A stretch of 64,000 nucleotides of DNA from an uncultured Gammaproteobacteria bacterium (GCA_964536725.1 CAZHYJ010000001.1:121081-185080), one strand, 5' to 3'; numbered from the stretch's first letter, positions 1 through 9,565 are shown. The notes: generated from the sequence alone by a model not told the origin. Program-made: numbers and translations.

Positions 1-5
1 ACTTT

Positions 6-1031
6 TTGCTTACTTCCCCAGTAATGGCGGCAGAGAATTTGAATTTTACTGAGCTGGGCGTGCGCGAAGTGTACAACAAACTGATCAACACTCTTTGGAA
101 CGTAGTGGAATTTTATAAGATGTATGCGGGCGACAATGTGGGTGAAGTAAAAAGTGAGAATGTTTTGGATAAATGGATTTTGACCAAGTTGCAGGTGTTG
201 ATTGGTGACGTAACTAAGGGAATGGAGTCATATCATTTAGTCGATGCTAGCCGTCCATTGGTTGAGTTTGTGACGGAGTTATCGCAGTGGTATGTGCGTC
301 GTTCACGTGATCGGTTTAAAGGTGAAGATGAGAGTGGTAAAAAAGCGGCAATAGCGACCTTGCACCATGTGCTGGTAGTTTTGGCGAAAACTTTGGCGCC
401 GTTTACTCCTTTTATTGCCGAGAAGATTTGGTTGGAATTAAGTGGCAAAAAAACCAGCGTGCATTTGGAAGCTTGGCCGGAAGTAGATGAAAAAATGTTG
501 GATGAAAAAGTTTTGAGTGAAATGGTATTGGCACGTAAAGTGGTAGAGTTAGGTCTAGCTGCTCGGGCGGAAACCGGAATTAAAGTGAAACAGCCGTTGC
601 AATACATCCGCTATCAATCCAACCAGCTTTCGGAACAGTTAGAAAAAATTATCGCCGAAGAGTTGAACGTAAAAGAGGTGAAACATATTCCAGAAATCCG
701 AGAGGAAAACAATTGGGTGATAAAGGAAGATGTTAATGTTCGTATTGGTATAAACACGGTGATCTCGGAAGAATTGCGTGATGAGGGTCTGGCGCGGGAG
801 TTTATTCGTTTAATTAATCTAAAACGCAAAGACCTGAATTTAACGGTTAGTGACCTGGCAGCCGTTACGTATTGGACCGATTCATTGGAATTGCAGCGAG
901 CGATAGCAAACAATGAAGCGGAAATATCACGCAAAACATTAAGTAAAAAACTATCCTTGGTTAGGGATTTGGAAGGTGCTAAAGAAGAGGTTGGTGGCGG
1001 TAAAATAGTAGTTAATGTAGAGCGATTATAG
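6..1031 (+). CDS. ileS: class I aminoacyl-tRNA synthetase C-terminal region, most likely isoleucyl-tRNA synthetase; the 5' end lies outside the window
   Basis: Reading frame is open to the window edge. It carries a WYVRRSRDRF motif and an anticodon-binding-like region typical of the Ile/Val-RS family, and there is no plausible start codon in the window. Confidence 0.55.
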   Translation: MLTSPVMAAENLNFTELGVREVYNKLINTLWNVVEFYKMYAGDNVGEVKSENVLDKWILTKLQVLIGDVTKGMESYHLVDASRPLVEFVTELSQWYVRRSRDRFKGEDESGKKAAIATLHHVLVVLAKTLAPFTPFIAEKIWLELSGKKTSVHLEAWPEVDEKMLDEKVLSEMVLARKVVELGLAARAETGIKVKQPLQYIRYQSNQLSEQLEKIIAEELNVKEVKHIPEIREENNWVIKEDVNVRIGINTVISEELRDEGLAREFIRLINLKRKDLNLTVSDLAAVTYWTDSLELQRAIANNEAEISRKTLSKKLSLVRDLEGAKEEVGGGKIVVNVERL

Positions 1032-1036
1032 AGCTA

Positions 1037-1064
1037 TTGACAGCCTTTTCAGCAGTGATACAAT
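1037..1064 (+). promoter_or_regulatory. sigma70-like promoter TTGACA-N16-TACAAT upstream of the ATP-grasp/KamA operon
   Basis: TTGACA at 1037-1042, a 16 nt spacer, and TACAAT at 1059-1064, all read directly from the sequence. Confidence 0.4.
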
Positions 1065-1164
1065 TAGCAAGAAGTTTAATCATTTTATGGACCAAAAGGT
1101 CTCTGACGACCCATTGAGTATATTTAATTTTTTTCACATAATACCCAAGATCAACTAGTTTGGC

Positions 1165-2244
1165 TTGGGTTTTTTTAATTGTCTTATGAATGGAAATGGT
1201 CACGATTTGTTTAAGGGGAAAAGGATAGCGATTTTGTACAGCGATGCCAAACGCGAATATTTTCCTACAGAACAACAATATATAACCGAGGCGGAAGTGA
1301 TTGATCGAGCAAAGATAATAGCACCGTATTTTGAAAAAATGGGTTGCGTGGTTGATTTGATACCGGGCAACGAAGAATTGACGGATATTTTGAAAAGTAA
1401 AAAACCAGATTTTGTTTTAAATTTAGTTGATTCGGTGCGTGGGGTTGAACATTTGTCCGCAATTATTCCTGCTACTTTGGAGTTGTTGAATATTCCTTAT
1501 GTCGGCACTGGTATGTTGGGGTTATCAATTAATTCGAATAAATTTTTGACCAAGAAGTTGATGGAACAGGTGGGATTACCGTTGCCGCGTTATCAATTAT
1601 TTTCTTCACCCAATGATCCATTGGATATTCATCTTAAGTTTCCATTAATTTCCAAACTGAATGAGATCCACGGAAGTGTGGCGATTGATCAAACAGCGGT
1701 GAGCGAAAATGAAGCACAGCTAAGAACGCGCATCCGTGAATTAATGGGTATTTATCACCAACCAATGTTGGTAGAAGAATTTATTGTCGGCAAAGAGTTC
1801 ACCGCTTTTATTTTGGAGGGTGCAACGCGCAAAGTTTATCTGGGGGAAAAAGTTTTTCAAGAAACGAGTGATAAATACAAAATCGCAACATTTGACGCAG
1901 TGTGGAATGATATTGGTAGCTACGATTATGCACGCGCTGATGGACACGGAATTTTGGAAAATTATGTGCGCTTGGCTTTTGATGTGTTGAAGATGGACGA
2001 CTATTCCAAGTTCGATGTGCGTCAGGATGAATCAGGGCGGTATTATTTTATCGATTGCAATGCCAATCCAGCTTTTGGTCCGATTGAGAGCGACTGTGCC
2101 ATCAGCCATGTTTTGAAAATGTATGGTATTGATTTTGACGAAATCTTGCGTCGTATTGTGGTGAATGTGGAGAAGGAAAATAATGTTAATAGCAGTAGCG
2201 ACTTCAGTTCTAATAATCCTAACTCAGAAAATATCAATAAATAA
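1165..2244 (+). CDS. ATP-grasp ligase of the D-Ala-D-Ala ligase (Ddl) family, paralog 1; the probable true start is the ATG at 1189
   Basis: 359 aa ORF. Motifs LNIPYVGTGMLGLSINSNKFLTKKLMEQVGLPLP and PMLVEEFIVGKEFTAFIL match the Ddl-family central and C-terminal ATP-grasp signatures (compare Ddl GIPYVGSGVL...KLLTKRLL and VLVEEFISGREVTVAVL). Confidence 0.7.
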   Translation: MGFFNCLMNGNGHDLFKGKRIAILYSDAKREYFPTEQQYITEAEVIDRAKIIAPYFEKMGCVVDLIPGNEELTDILKSKKPDFVLNLVDSVRGVEHLSAIIPATLELLNIPYVGTGMLGLSINSNKFLTKKLMEQVGLPLPRYQLFSSPNDPLDIHLKFPLISKLNEIHGSVAIDQTAVSENEAQLRTRIRELMGIYHQPMLVEEFIVGKEFTAFILEGATRKVYLGEKVFQETSDKYKIATFDAVWNDIGSYDYARADGHGILENYVRLAFDVLKMDDYSKFDVRQDESGRYYFIDCNANPAFGPIESDCAISHVLKMYGIDFDEILRRIVVNVEKENNVNSSSDFSSNNPNSENINK

Positions 2245-2246
2245 TT

Positions 2247-3269
2247 ATGCGCGTTGCGTTTACCTATAATGTTCGTCATGTTAAACCTGATATCAATAAT
2301 CCACAATACTTGAAAGAAGCGGAATTTGATGAGCCAGAAACAATCGAGGGGATTACTAAAGCTTTGAAAGAGTTGGGGCACGAAGTGATAAAAATAGAAG
2401 CGGATGAATTTGCTTTTGAAAAATTGCGAGCGGAAAAAAATAATATAGATATTGTTTTTAATATTGCCGAGGGGGCAAACGGAGCTGATCGCGAAGCGCA
2501 GTTGCCGGCAATTATGGAGATGTTGCAGATTCCATATACTGGACCGAAGCCGTTGGGCTATGCGGTTGGTTTGAATAAATCAGTGGCCAAAGAAATTTTG
2601 TCATATTATAAAATTGCGACACCGCATTGGATGACAGTAAATAAGATTGATTATCTGGATAGTCATGATTTTAAACATTTTCCGGCTATTGCGAAGCCGT
2701 TGGGCGAAGGTTCAAGTAAAGGAATTAGAGCTAAGAATTTTGTTAATAATGAAGAGGAGTTAAAAAAAGTAGTCAGTGATTTATTGGTTGAGTTTAATCA
2801 ACCAGTATTGGTAGAAGAGTTTCTTCCCGGACGTGAATTTACTGTGGCGGCGATTGGCCATCCGACACGAATTTTACCAATCGTGGAAATAGTTTTTGAT
2901 GCACTACCTGCTGGGATGCCAGCTTTTGACCATTATGAGGCCAAATGGATTTATGATAATCCGGAGGGGCCAGACCCACTAATTTGTCCGGCCAATATTT
3001 CTTCAGAATTAAAAGAGAAAATTGAACACCTGTGTTTAGAGGCTTTCAATGCTCTGGAAATGGAGGATTGGGCACGTTTTGATATTCGTTTGGATAAAAA
3101 TGGTGAGCCTAATTTTATTGAAGTAAATTGCCCGCCTGGGATTATTCCTGACCCCAAAGAAAATTCTCGTTTTCCTCGTGCAGCACGAGCGGGTGGTCTG
3201 GATTACGCCCAAATGATTGAAGAAATATTGCGATCATCCTGTTCGCGGTATGGGTTAGAATATAAATAA
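2247..3269 (+). CDS. ATP-grasp ligase of the Ddl family, paralog 2
   Basis: 340 aa ORF starting 3 nt after paralog 1. Carries LQIPYTGPKPLGYAVGLNKSVAKEIL, AIAKPLGEGSSKGI and PVLVEEFLPGREFTVAAIG, which match the Ddl KP..EGSS.G and VLVEEF.GRE.T motifs. Confidence 0.7.
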   Translation: MRVAFTYNVRHVKPDINNPQYLKEAEFDEPETIEGITKALKELGHEVIKIEADEFAFEKLRAEKNNIDIVFNIAEGANGADREAQLPAIMEMLQIPYTGPKPLGYAVGLNKSVAKEILSYYKIATPHWMTVNKIDYLDSHDFKHFPAIAKPLGEGSSKGIRAKNFVNNEEELKKVVSDLLVEFNQPVLVEEFLPGREFTVAAIGHPTRILPIVEIVFDALPAGMPAFDHYEAKWIYDNPEGPDPLICPANISSELKEKIEHLCLEAFNALEMEDWARFDIRLDKNGEPNFIEVNCPPGIIPDPKENSRFPRAARAGGLDYAQMIEEILRSSCSRYGLEYK

Positions 3270-3276
3270 CTGTTTT

Positions 3277-4212
3277 ATGCTTTTGTATACTCCATTATCT
3301 CCACAATTAAAAAAACTGTCGACTGTCTGTCGTGAGATTAACAAACAGTTTGTTCCAAGTAAAGTTGAAGGTCAGAATGAAAGTAAAACTTTTGTGGATC
3401 CATTATGTGAAGATGAGCACACTGTTTGTCGTGGTTTGGTCCACAAGTATCCTAATCGTGTATTGGTGTTGTTGACCATGCGTTGTGCCGCCTATTGTCG
3501 TTTTTGCACCCGACGAAGAATGGTTTCGGAGGTTGAGCAAGGTATGGTGACCGAACATGATTTGGACAAGATGGTGGTGTATATTAAAAAACACTCAGAG
3601 ATAAAAGAATTGATTTTTTCTGGCGGCGATCCTTTGGTGGTGCCGGATTTATTAAAACGTGCTTTGAAAAAATTAGGTGGTTTGCCACAAATTAAAATAA
3701 TCCGCGTGGGGACAAGATTGCATTTTTCTAACCCGGCATTGGTGGATAAAAAAGTTTTAGACGCCTTGCGAACAGTGAAAAACAAGCCATTGTATTTAAT
3801 GGTCCACTTTGAACATCCAAGTGAATTAACCGCGGCAACTAAACGTGCCGTTAAATTATTACAATCAGTTTCAACAATGTTATTGTCACAAACGGTTTCT
3901 TTGCATGGCGTAAATGATTCCGTTGACACTTTGTACAATCTTTTTTCTGGCTTGATTGAAATTGGAGTAAAGCCGTACTATCTATTTCGCTGTGATTTAG
4001 TTAAAGGAGCAGAACACTTTTTGGTTGATTTTAAAAAAGAACGAAAAATTGTTAGTGAACTGCGTCGGCAATTGAGTGGTATCGCTATGCCTTTGTATGT
4101 GATAGACGTTCCAGGTGGTAATGGTAAAATTCCAGTGCCACTTGATTTTTGGCCGCTGGCCGATGGAGTTAAATATCGTGATTTCTTGGGTAAATTAAAT
4201 AAAATCGTGTAG
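3277..4212 (+). CDS. KamA-family radical SAM (PLP-dependent) amino acid 2,3-aminomutase (lysine 2,3-aminomutase / EpmB-like)
   Basis: 311 aa ORF 8 nt downstream of the second ATP-grasp gene. Contains VHKYPNRVLVLLTMRCAAYCRFCTRRR, a CxxxCxxC cluster in the HKYP..RVL...C..YCR.CTRRR context diagnostic of the KamA family (compare LAM ...CSMYCRHCTRRR). Confidence 0.75.
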   Translation: MLLYTPLSPQLKKLSTVCREINKQFVPSKVEGQNESKTFVDPLCEDEHTVCRGLVHKYPNRVLVLLTMRCAAYCRFCTRRRMVSEVEQGMVTEHDLDKMVVYIKKHSEIKELIFSGGDPLVVPDLLKRALKKLGGLPQIKIIRVGTRLHFSNPALVDKKVLDALRTVKNKPLYLMVHFEHPSELTAATKRAVKLLQSVSTMLLSQTVSLHGVNDSVDTLYNLFSGLIEIGVKPYYLFRCDLVKGAEHFLVDFKKERKIVSELRRQLSGIAMPLYVIDVPGGNGKIPVPLDFWPLADGVKYRDFLGKLNKIV

Positions 4213-4237
4213 TTTATTTCCTATATCTTAGCTAAAA

Positions 4238-4263
4238 ATCGGGTTGACAGCCCGGTTTTTTTG
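4238..4263 (+). terminator. rho-independent terminator after the KamA-like gene
   Basis: Hairpin cggg-ttgacag-cccg followed by a T7 run. Confidence 0.5.
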
Positions 4264-5274
4264 CGTTATTATTCAGTTGTAATTCATGTTTTTAATAATG
4301 ATATGTTAAGTGTTAAAGAGGTTTTTGATTTGGCTGTAAAACTTGGCAAAGCAGCCGATCCACGTGGTGAAGCGGGTATTAAAGAATATTTGGCTGACAT
4401 CAAAAAAGATTATGATAATGCTAAGCCAAAAGATAAGGAATATTTAGACCAGGAACGTCTCCTGCATCCTTTTTCTGATAGTGGAGTGCATGTTGATATG
4501 GGTAAAACAGAAGTCAAACGTGTTTTGTCTGGTATTGATATTGATACTGGGGAAATACTTTTAGCTTCGCAACTGAGTGAGCGTGGCAAAAAAATTGATT
4601 TAGTAATCGGTCATCATCCGTTGGGGCGTGGGTTGGCTGATCTGCATGGTGTAATGGATATGCAGGTGGCAATTTTTGAACGTGCTGGTGTGCCGGTGCA
4701 TATTGCCGAAAAAATTATGGAGGAAAGAATAAGAGAAGTGGGGCGTGGTTTACATCCAATTAATCATTATCAAATTATTGATATAGCGCGATTATTAGGT
4801 GTAAATTTGATCAACACTCACACACCAACTGACAATTTGGTAAACAAGTTTTTAACAGAATTTTTTGCTAAGAAAAAAATGCGTACGGTAGGAGATCTAG
4901 TGGATGCTTTGTTAGAAATTCCAGAATATCAAGAAGCGAAGCGTCGAGGAGCTGGACCAAAACTTTTTGCTGGTAGTCCCAAGAATCGTTTAGGAAAATG
5001 GTTGTTAGAAATGACTGGTGGTACAGGCACTTCAGATTCAGTTTACGAATCGTTATCAAGTCATGGCATCAGTACGATTATTGGCATGCACATGCGTGAT
5101 AGTGCACGTATCAAAGCCAACGAACACCATATGAATGTGATAATTGCCGGTCATATTGCTTCAGATTCTTTGGGTATGAATTTGTATTTGGATGAATTAG
5201 AAAGAAAAGGGATCGAGATTGTGCCATGTAGTGGTTTAATCCGAGTGAGTCGCGTTAAAAAAGGCAAGAAATAA
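4261..5274 (+). CDS. Nif3-family (DUF34, GTP cyclohydrolase I type 2 homolog) dinuclear-metal protein; likely start at the ATG at 4303
   Basis: DLVIGHHPLG matches the NIF3 HHP motif, and the C-terminal AGHIASDSLGM matches the NIF3 C-terminal GHY.TE region. The upstream part of the listed ORF overlaps the terminator. Confidence 0.55.
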   Translation: MRYYSVVIHVFNNDMLSVKEVFDLAVKLGKAADPRGEAGIKEYLADIKKDYDNAKPKDKEYLDQERLLHPFSDSGVHVDMGKTEVKRVLSGIDIDTGEILLASQLSERGKKIDLVIGHHPLGRGLADLHGVMDMQVAIFERAGVPVHIAEKIMEERIREVGRGLHPINHYQIIDIARLLGVNLINTHTPTDNLVNKFLTEFFAKKKMRTVGDLVDALLEIPEYQEAKRRGAGPKLFAGSPKNRLGKWLLEMTGGTGTSDSVYESLSSHGISTIIGMHMRDSARIKANEHHMNVIIAGHIASDSLGMNLYLDELERKGIEIVPCSGLIRVSRVKKGKK

Positions 5275-5278
5275 TTTT

Positions 5279-5851
5279 ATGATTTCTTTGTTGCAGGGGA
5301 AAATAATCAACAACAAAAATGGGCAAGTACTGGTGATGACCGCTGGTGGTGTGGGGTATTCTGTTTATGGCAGTTTGTCAGGGTTGAAAAAATGGAAAGC
5401 CGGTAGCGAAGAAACTGTCCTAACATATCTGGTGGTGCGAGAAAATGCCCTAGATCTTTATGGTTTTGTCGACGAGGCAGAACGGGACTTATTTTTGCAC
5501 CTCATTCAAGTGAGTGGTGTTGGTCCGAAAACCGCATTGCACATTTTGTCTTTAGGCACGACAGCAGAAATTGGTTCGGCGATATCACGCGGTGATTTAA
5601 ATTACTTAACCAAAGTCAGCGGAATCGGTAAAAAAACTGCTGAGAGGATTATTATCGAACTGAGAGACAAGGTGTCGGTGTCTTTTGGTGATAGTAAAGA
5701 AGAAGTATCGGGAGTGTCTAGTGATGTAGTGGAAGGTCTGGTGTCTTTGGGTTATGCAGCTAATGATGCCCGTGAAGTAGTTAAAAAAATAAATGTTCAG
5801 GGTAAGACGACAGAACAGGTATTGCGTGAGGCGTTGCAGAATATAAAATAA
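5279..5851 (+). CDS. ruvA: Holliday junction branch-migration complex subunit RuvA
   Basis: 190 aa. N-terminal OB fold, HhH motifs LIQVSGVGPKTALHIL and LTKVSGIGKKTAERII, and a C-terminal domain III. Confidence 0.85.
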   Translation: MISLLQGKIINNKNGQVLVMTAGGVGYSVYGSLSGLKKWKAGSEETVLTYLVVRENALDLYGFVDEAERDLFLHLIQVSGVGPKTALHILSLGTTAEIGSAISRGDLNYLTKVSGIGKKTAERIIIELRDKVSVSFGDSKEEVSGVSSDVVEGLVSLGYAANDAREVVKKINVQGKTTEQVLREALQNIK

Positions 5852-5855
5852 GGAA

Positions 5856-5970
5856 TAAAAAAGACCGGCGTATTTGTAATTTTTTCGCTTTCCTCGGCCG
5901 CGAGGCCTCAGGAATGAAGTCTGTGGACTTCATAACCCGCTCAAAAAATACAAACACGCCGGTCTTTTTT
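5856..5970. repeat. nested-palindrome intergenic repeat, copy 1 (subfamily I)
   Basis: Outer inverted repeat aaaaagaccggcgtatttgtaatttttt / aaaaaatacaaacacgccggtctttttt encloses a GC-rich core cgctttcctcggccgcgaggcctcaggaatgaagtctgtggacttcataacccgctc. It lies between convergent ruvA and gatB. Confidence 0.7.
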
Positions 5971-5973
5971 TGT

Positions 5974-7524
5974 TTATTTTAACTTTTCTCTCAATAGTTT
6001 TTCAGCTACTGCTGGATCGGCACTTCCCTCAGTTGCCTTCATCACCATTCCTTTTAAAAACTGTAACAAAGGCTCTTTGCCGGCTTTAAATTGTGCTACT
6101 TGCACAGGGTTGTTTTTTATCACCTCATCAATAACTGATCCTAATTGCCCTTCATCACTGACCTGGCCGTAGCCTTTTTCTTCCATAATATGGGTAGGAT
6201 CGGTGTCGGTGTTGTTGTCTAGCATCTCTTCCAATATCTTCTGAGCATTGGTAGAGTTTACTCGCTGGGAATATGACAATGCTAAAAGTTCAGCAAAATT
6301 TTCCGCTTTTAATTTTAATATGCGAATATCAATTTTTCGCTCGGCCATTGCCCCCATTAATTTTGACGCAATCCAGCCGCCGATTAATTTACCGAGTTGT
6401 TGTCTCTTGTTCTCTAATATTGTGTCACTTTCTTTTTTGTTTTCTGGTAAAGAGTGTAACCATTCGATTAATTCGGTATATACTTCTTCAGTGTAGTTTG
6501 CCCAATGAGGATCAGAAGTTAGAAGATCAGCATCGGCGTAGGAAAGACCCAACTCAGTATGGAAGCGATTTCTCTTGGCCTGGGGAAGTTCTGGCAAAAT
6601 TGTTTTCTCTGCGATAGTGAGTGGTTCAAAAGGTGGAATATCTGGCTCGGGGAAATAGCGATAGTCGGCGGCAGTTTCTTTTTCACGCTGTAAAACCGTT
6701 TCGCCTTTGTTGTCATCCCAACCGCGAGTTTGTTGTTTCCAACTTTCGCCTTTTTCCAACATTGCAGTCTGGCGTTTTATTTCAAAATCAATTGCTTTTT
6801 CTACGGCACGGAAGGAATTAATATTTTTTACTTCAACTTTAGGGTTTAGGGTGTAACCCTCTACTGGTTTCACCACGCCGTTTTCAATCGTGAATTTTCC
6901 TTCCTCTTGAAGAGAGGTATTAGCTTCACAACGCATGTGGCCTTTTTCCATGTCAGCGTTGCTTACTTCCAAATAGCGGAAGATTGTTTGTAACTCTTGG
7001 CAATATAGTTTAGCCTCAATTCCGCTTTTAATGTCAGGGTCAGACACTATTTCCACTAAGGGTACCCCGGCGCGGTTAAAATCTACCAAAGTGTCGCCGC
7101 TGGCGGAGTGTGTCAGTTTAGCTGTGTCTTCTTCTAAATGCACACGGGTGATACCGATAGTGGCTTCTTCTCGAGCGTTCTTTCTGCCAATTAAATTTAA
7201 TTCAAGTTTGCCGTGTTCGCCAATTGGTTGGTCATATTGGGAAATTTGATAACCTTTTGGTAGGTCAGGATAAAAGTAATGTTTACGATCAAACTTGCTC
7301 AGTTTGCTTATTTCACACCCTAAAGCTCGGGCAATTTTTACTGTCCACTCAATCGCGGCTTTGTTGGGTATGGGTAAAGTTCCAGGGTGAGCAAGGCAGG
7401 TCGGGCAAATATTGGTGTTAGGCGTAGAACGATCGGGGTCATTAAAACAAGGGCAAAACATCTTGCTTTTGGTCTTTAGTTCGACGTGGACTTCTAGGCC
7501 GATAATGGGTATATATTTTGGCAT
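5974..7524 (-). CDS. gatB: aspartyl/glutamyl-tRNA(Asn/Gln) amidotransferase subunit B
   Basis: 516 aa. N-terminal IIGLEVHVELKTKSKMFCPC and a C-terminal GatB/YqeY domain. Confidence 0.9.
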   Translation of the reverse strand: MPKYIPIIGLEVHVELKTKSKMFCPCFNDPDRSTPNTNICPTCLAHPGTLPIPNKAAIEWTVKIARALGCEISKLSKFDRKHYFYPDLPKGYQISQYDQPIGEHGKLELNLIGRKNAREEATIGITRVHLEEDTAKLTHSASGDTLVDFNRAGVPLVEIVSDPDIKSGIEAKLYCQELQTIFRYLEVSNADMEKGHMRCEANTSLQEEGKFTIENGVVKPVEGYTLNPKVEVKNINSFRAVEKAIDFEIKRQTAMLEKGESWKQQTRGWDDNKGETVLQREKETAADYRYFPEPDIPPFEPLTIAEKTILPELPQAKRNRFHTELGLSYADADLLTSDPHWANYTEEVYTELIEWLHSLPENKKESDTILENKRQQLGKLIGGWIASKLMGAMAERKIDIRILKLKAENFAELLALSYSQRVNSTNAQKILEEMLDNNTDTDPTHIMEEKGYGQVSDEGQLGSVIDEVIKNNPVQVAQFKAGKEPLLQFLKGMVMKATEGSADPAVAEKLLREKLK

Positions 7525-7605
7525 ATTTGAGGGAAATTAACGTTGTAATTCTAACATTAAATAAAAAAAACGTCCACTTTTTTAAAGTAGACGTTTTTGG
7601 TGGGG

Positions 7606-8361
7606 TTAGATTGTGGGTGGCGGTGTATTAACTGTTGGTGTTTCTTTGGCGTTGATATAGAGACCGACCAGAGAGGTAATTAAAGCTGGGGTTATAATTA
7701 TATTAAACAATGACGCTAACGAGCTGTTTACAATTCCCAAAGTGGTAGTTGATATTCCTTTTGCATATCCAAGCACGGTCATGATAATTAGTTGTATGAT
7801 GGTCGAGATGATCGCATAGACAACAATGGTGACCAATATCCTCCAGGCAATTTTCCACCATCTTCCAACTACTAAAGATTTGCTGGCGGAAAATGAATTT
7901 TTCCAGTTTTTATTATCTAAAATTATTGCGTAAGAGGTAAAATTGTACCAAACAAAAAAGATTATACCAGGGATAACAAACAGAATTGAACCGAGGGCAA
8001 TTAGGAGTGTTACTAGGATCGAGTTGATAATCAAAGGAAAAATTAGACGGCTGTTGTTGGTCAGAGTTTCTTTCCATCCCAATGGAGTTTGGCCTGTCCA
8101 TGCGGCAGCAGCAGTTTGGATAATGCCAGTTGTAATCCACAGACTAAAAACTAATGAGGTGATGTAGACTAAAAATATGATCAAGTCGTTGATTAAACGG
8201 TTGGCTTTTAGACGGAGTTCGATTTCAATACCAATATATCCAGCCAAAAAGACAACTATTCCAGTTAGAGTTAGTAGGATTAGATAGGGGAGAAAATGGC
8301 GCCAGTAGCGACGATAGTTGCTCCAACCCTGGCCAATTAAATCTGTGGCACTTGTTAACAT
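7606..8361 (-). CDS. hypothetical polytopic membrane protein
   Basis: 251 aa with multiple hydrophobic helices and no recognisable catalytic motif. Confidence 0.35.
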   Translation of the reverse strand: MLTSATDLIGQGWSNYRRYWRHFLPYLILLTLTGIVVFLAGYIGIEIELRLKANRLINDLIIFLVYITSLVFSLWITTGIIQTAAAAWTGQTPLGWKETLTNNSRLIFPLIINSILVTLLIALGSILFVIPGIIFFVWYNFTSYAIILDNKNWKNSFSASKSLVVGRWWKIAWRILVTIVVYAIISTIIQLIIMTVLGYAKGISTTTLGIVNSSLASLFNIIITPALITSLVGLYINAKETPTVNTPPPTI

Positions 8362-9071
8362 ATATTTTTATTTAAAATTTTGTTTAGAAGATTGCTTGCT
8401 TCTTGTTTCATTATATCAATTTTCTGGTTTCCATTCAAATGAATTACTTTGGTACCGCGCTTAGTAAAAATATTTTTGAGCTCAGAAGAAAAAAATTGTT
8501 TGGCGGATTTTTTTAGGAAGGGTAAATTTTCAAAGATAGCGTCATCTTGTTTTCCGGTACGTGCACTTAGTCGGTGAGCTGCTTCAGTAGGGTCAATTTT
8601 AACTAAGACAAGAAAATCCGGGCGATTGGCCAGCGCTAATTTATTGCCTGGTAAAGCGCAGATTTTTTTCATAGTAAATTTGGGATCAGGCAGAGACTGA
8701 TAGGCAAGTGAGGTAGTAATACTACGATCTTGAATAATGCATTTGCCGGCTTTTAGTAGGGGAATGTGTATTTTAGTGTAAAGTATTAGACGGTCTAGGG
8801 AGTATGCTTCAGCTAGTGCTTGCACTGGATAGGCGGTGCCCTTTTTGATTAATTCTTGACGGATAACCGCTCCAACTCCAACATAGGTTGGTTCTGCAGA
8901 AAAGATAAAATCATAACCATTAAGTTCTGACAATTCTGGAAAACGTCCGGTCTCTTGCATGTATTTTTTTAAATCAAAAACAGCGTTTCCTTGTTTGGTT
9001 AATACTTCTTTCCAAGTTTCGATGATGGTACTTTTTCCTCCGCCGTCGATACTATCAACGATGATGAACAT
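8355..9071 (-). CDS. tmk: thymidylate kinase (dTMP kinase)
   Basis: P-loop IVDSIDGGGKST, an AEPTYVG region, and the DRS..TSLAYQ (DR[YH] lid) motif of Tmk. Confidence 0.65.
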   Translation of the reverse strand: MFIIVDSIDGGGKSTIIETWKEVLTKQGNAVFDLKKYMQETGRFPELSELNGYDFIFSAEPTYVGVGAVIRQELIKKGTAYPVQALAEAYSLDRLILYTKIHIPLLKAGKCIIQDRSITTSLAYQSLPDPKFTMKKICALPGNKLALANRPDFLVLVKIDPTEAAHRLSARTGKQDDAIFENLPFLKKSAKQFFSSELKNIFTKRGTKVIHLNGNQKIDIMKQEASNLLNKILNKNIC

Positions 9072-9073
9072 AT

Positions 9074-9565
9074 TTACTTTTTATAAATTACAAAAGAAAA
9101 ACCGTCATGATCTTCGCGCCAGGTTTCGTGCCAAATGTTTGGGTCTATTTCTGGAAAAAACACGTCGCCATCAAATTTTTGATGTACATGGGTAATGTAA
9201 AGAGTGTCGACGCGGTCGATTGTTTGACGGTAAATGCTTGCGCCACCACAAATAAAAATATCTTCATCTTTTAATTGAGTGAAAACATCGTCTAAATTAT
9301 TTAAAACTCGTACTCCTTCTGGTGCTTGGTAATTCTTATCTAAAGTAACTACTACAGTTTGTCTTCCGGGCAATGGTTTGCCTAAATATCCTAAGATTGA
9401 TTCGAATGTTGCTTGGCCCATAACACAAGTTTTGCCCAGGGTATTTCTTTTGAAATACTGGAAATCTTCTGGTATGTGCCAGGGTATTTTATTTTTTACT
9501 CCAATGCAGTTGTTGTCAGCGATAGCGGCAATTAAAGAAAAAGGCATATTAAACAGCGATATCAA
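9074..9565 (-). CDS. folA: dihydrofolate reductase
   Basis: 163 aa. LIAAIADNNCIGVKNKIPWHIPEDFQYFKRNTLGKTCVMGQATFESI is the canonical DHFR N-terminus. Confidence 0.85.
   Translation of the reverse strand: MISLFNMPFSLIAAIADNNCIGVKNKIPWHIPEDFQYFKRNTLGKTCVMGQATFESILGYLGKPLPGRQTVVVTLDKNYQAPEGVRVLNNLDDVFTQLKDEDIFICGGASIYRQTIDRVDTLYITHVHQKFDGDVFFPEIDPNIWHETWREDHDGFSFVIYKK

Noticed and set aside
233-934. Antisense ORFs (233-607, 614-934 on the minus strand) inside the IleS-like gene
   Set aside because: They are fully embedded opposite a well-supported synthetase reading frame, are low-complexity and serine-rich, and carry no motifs. They are typical six-frame noise.
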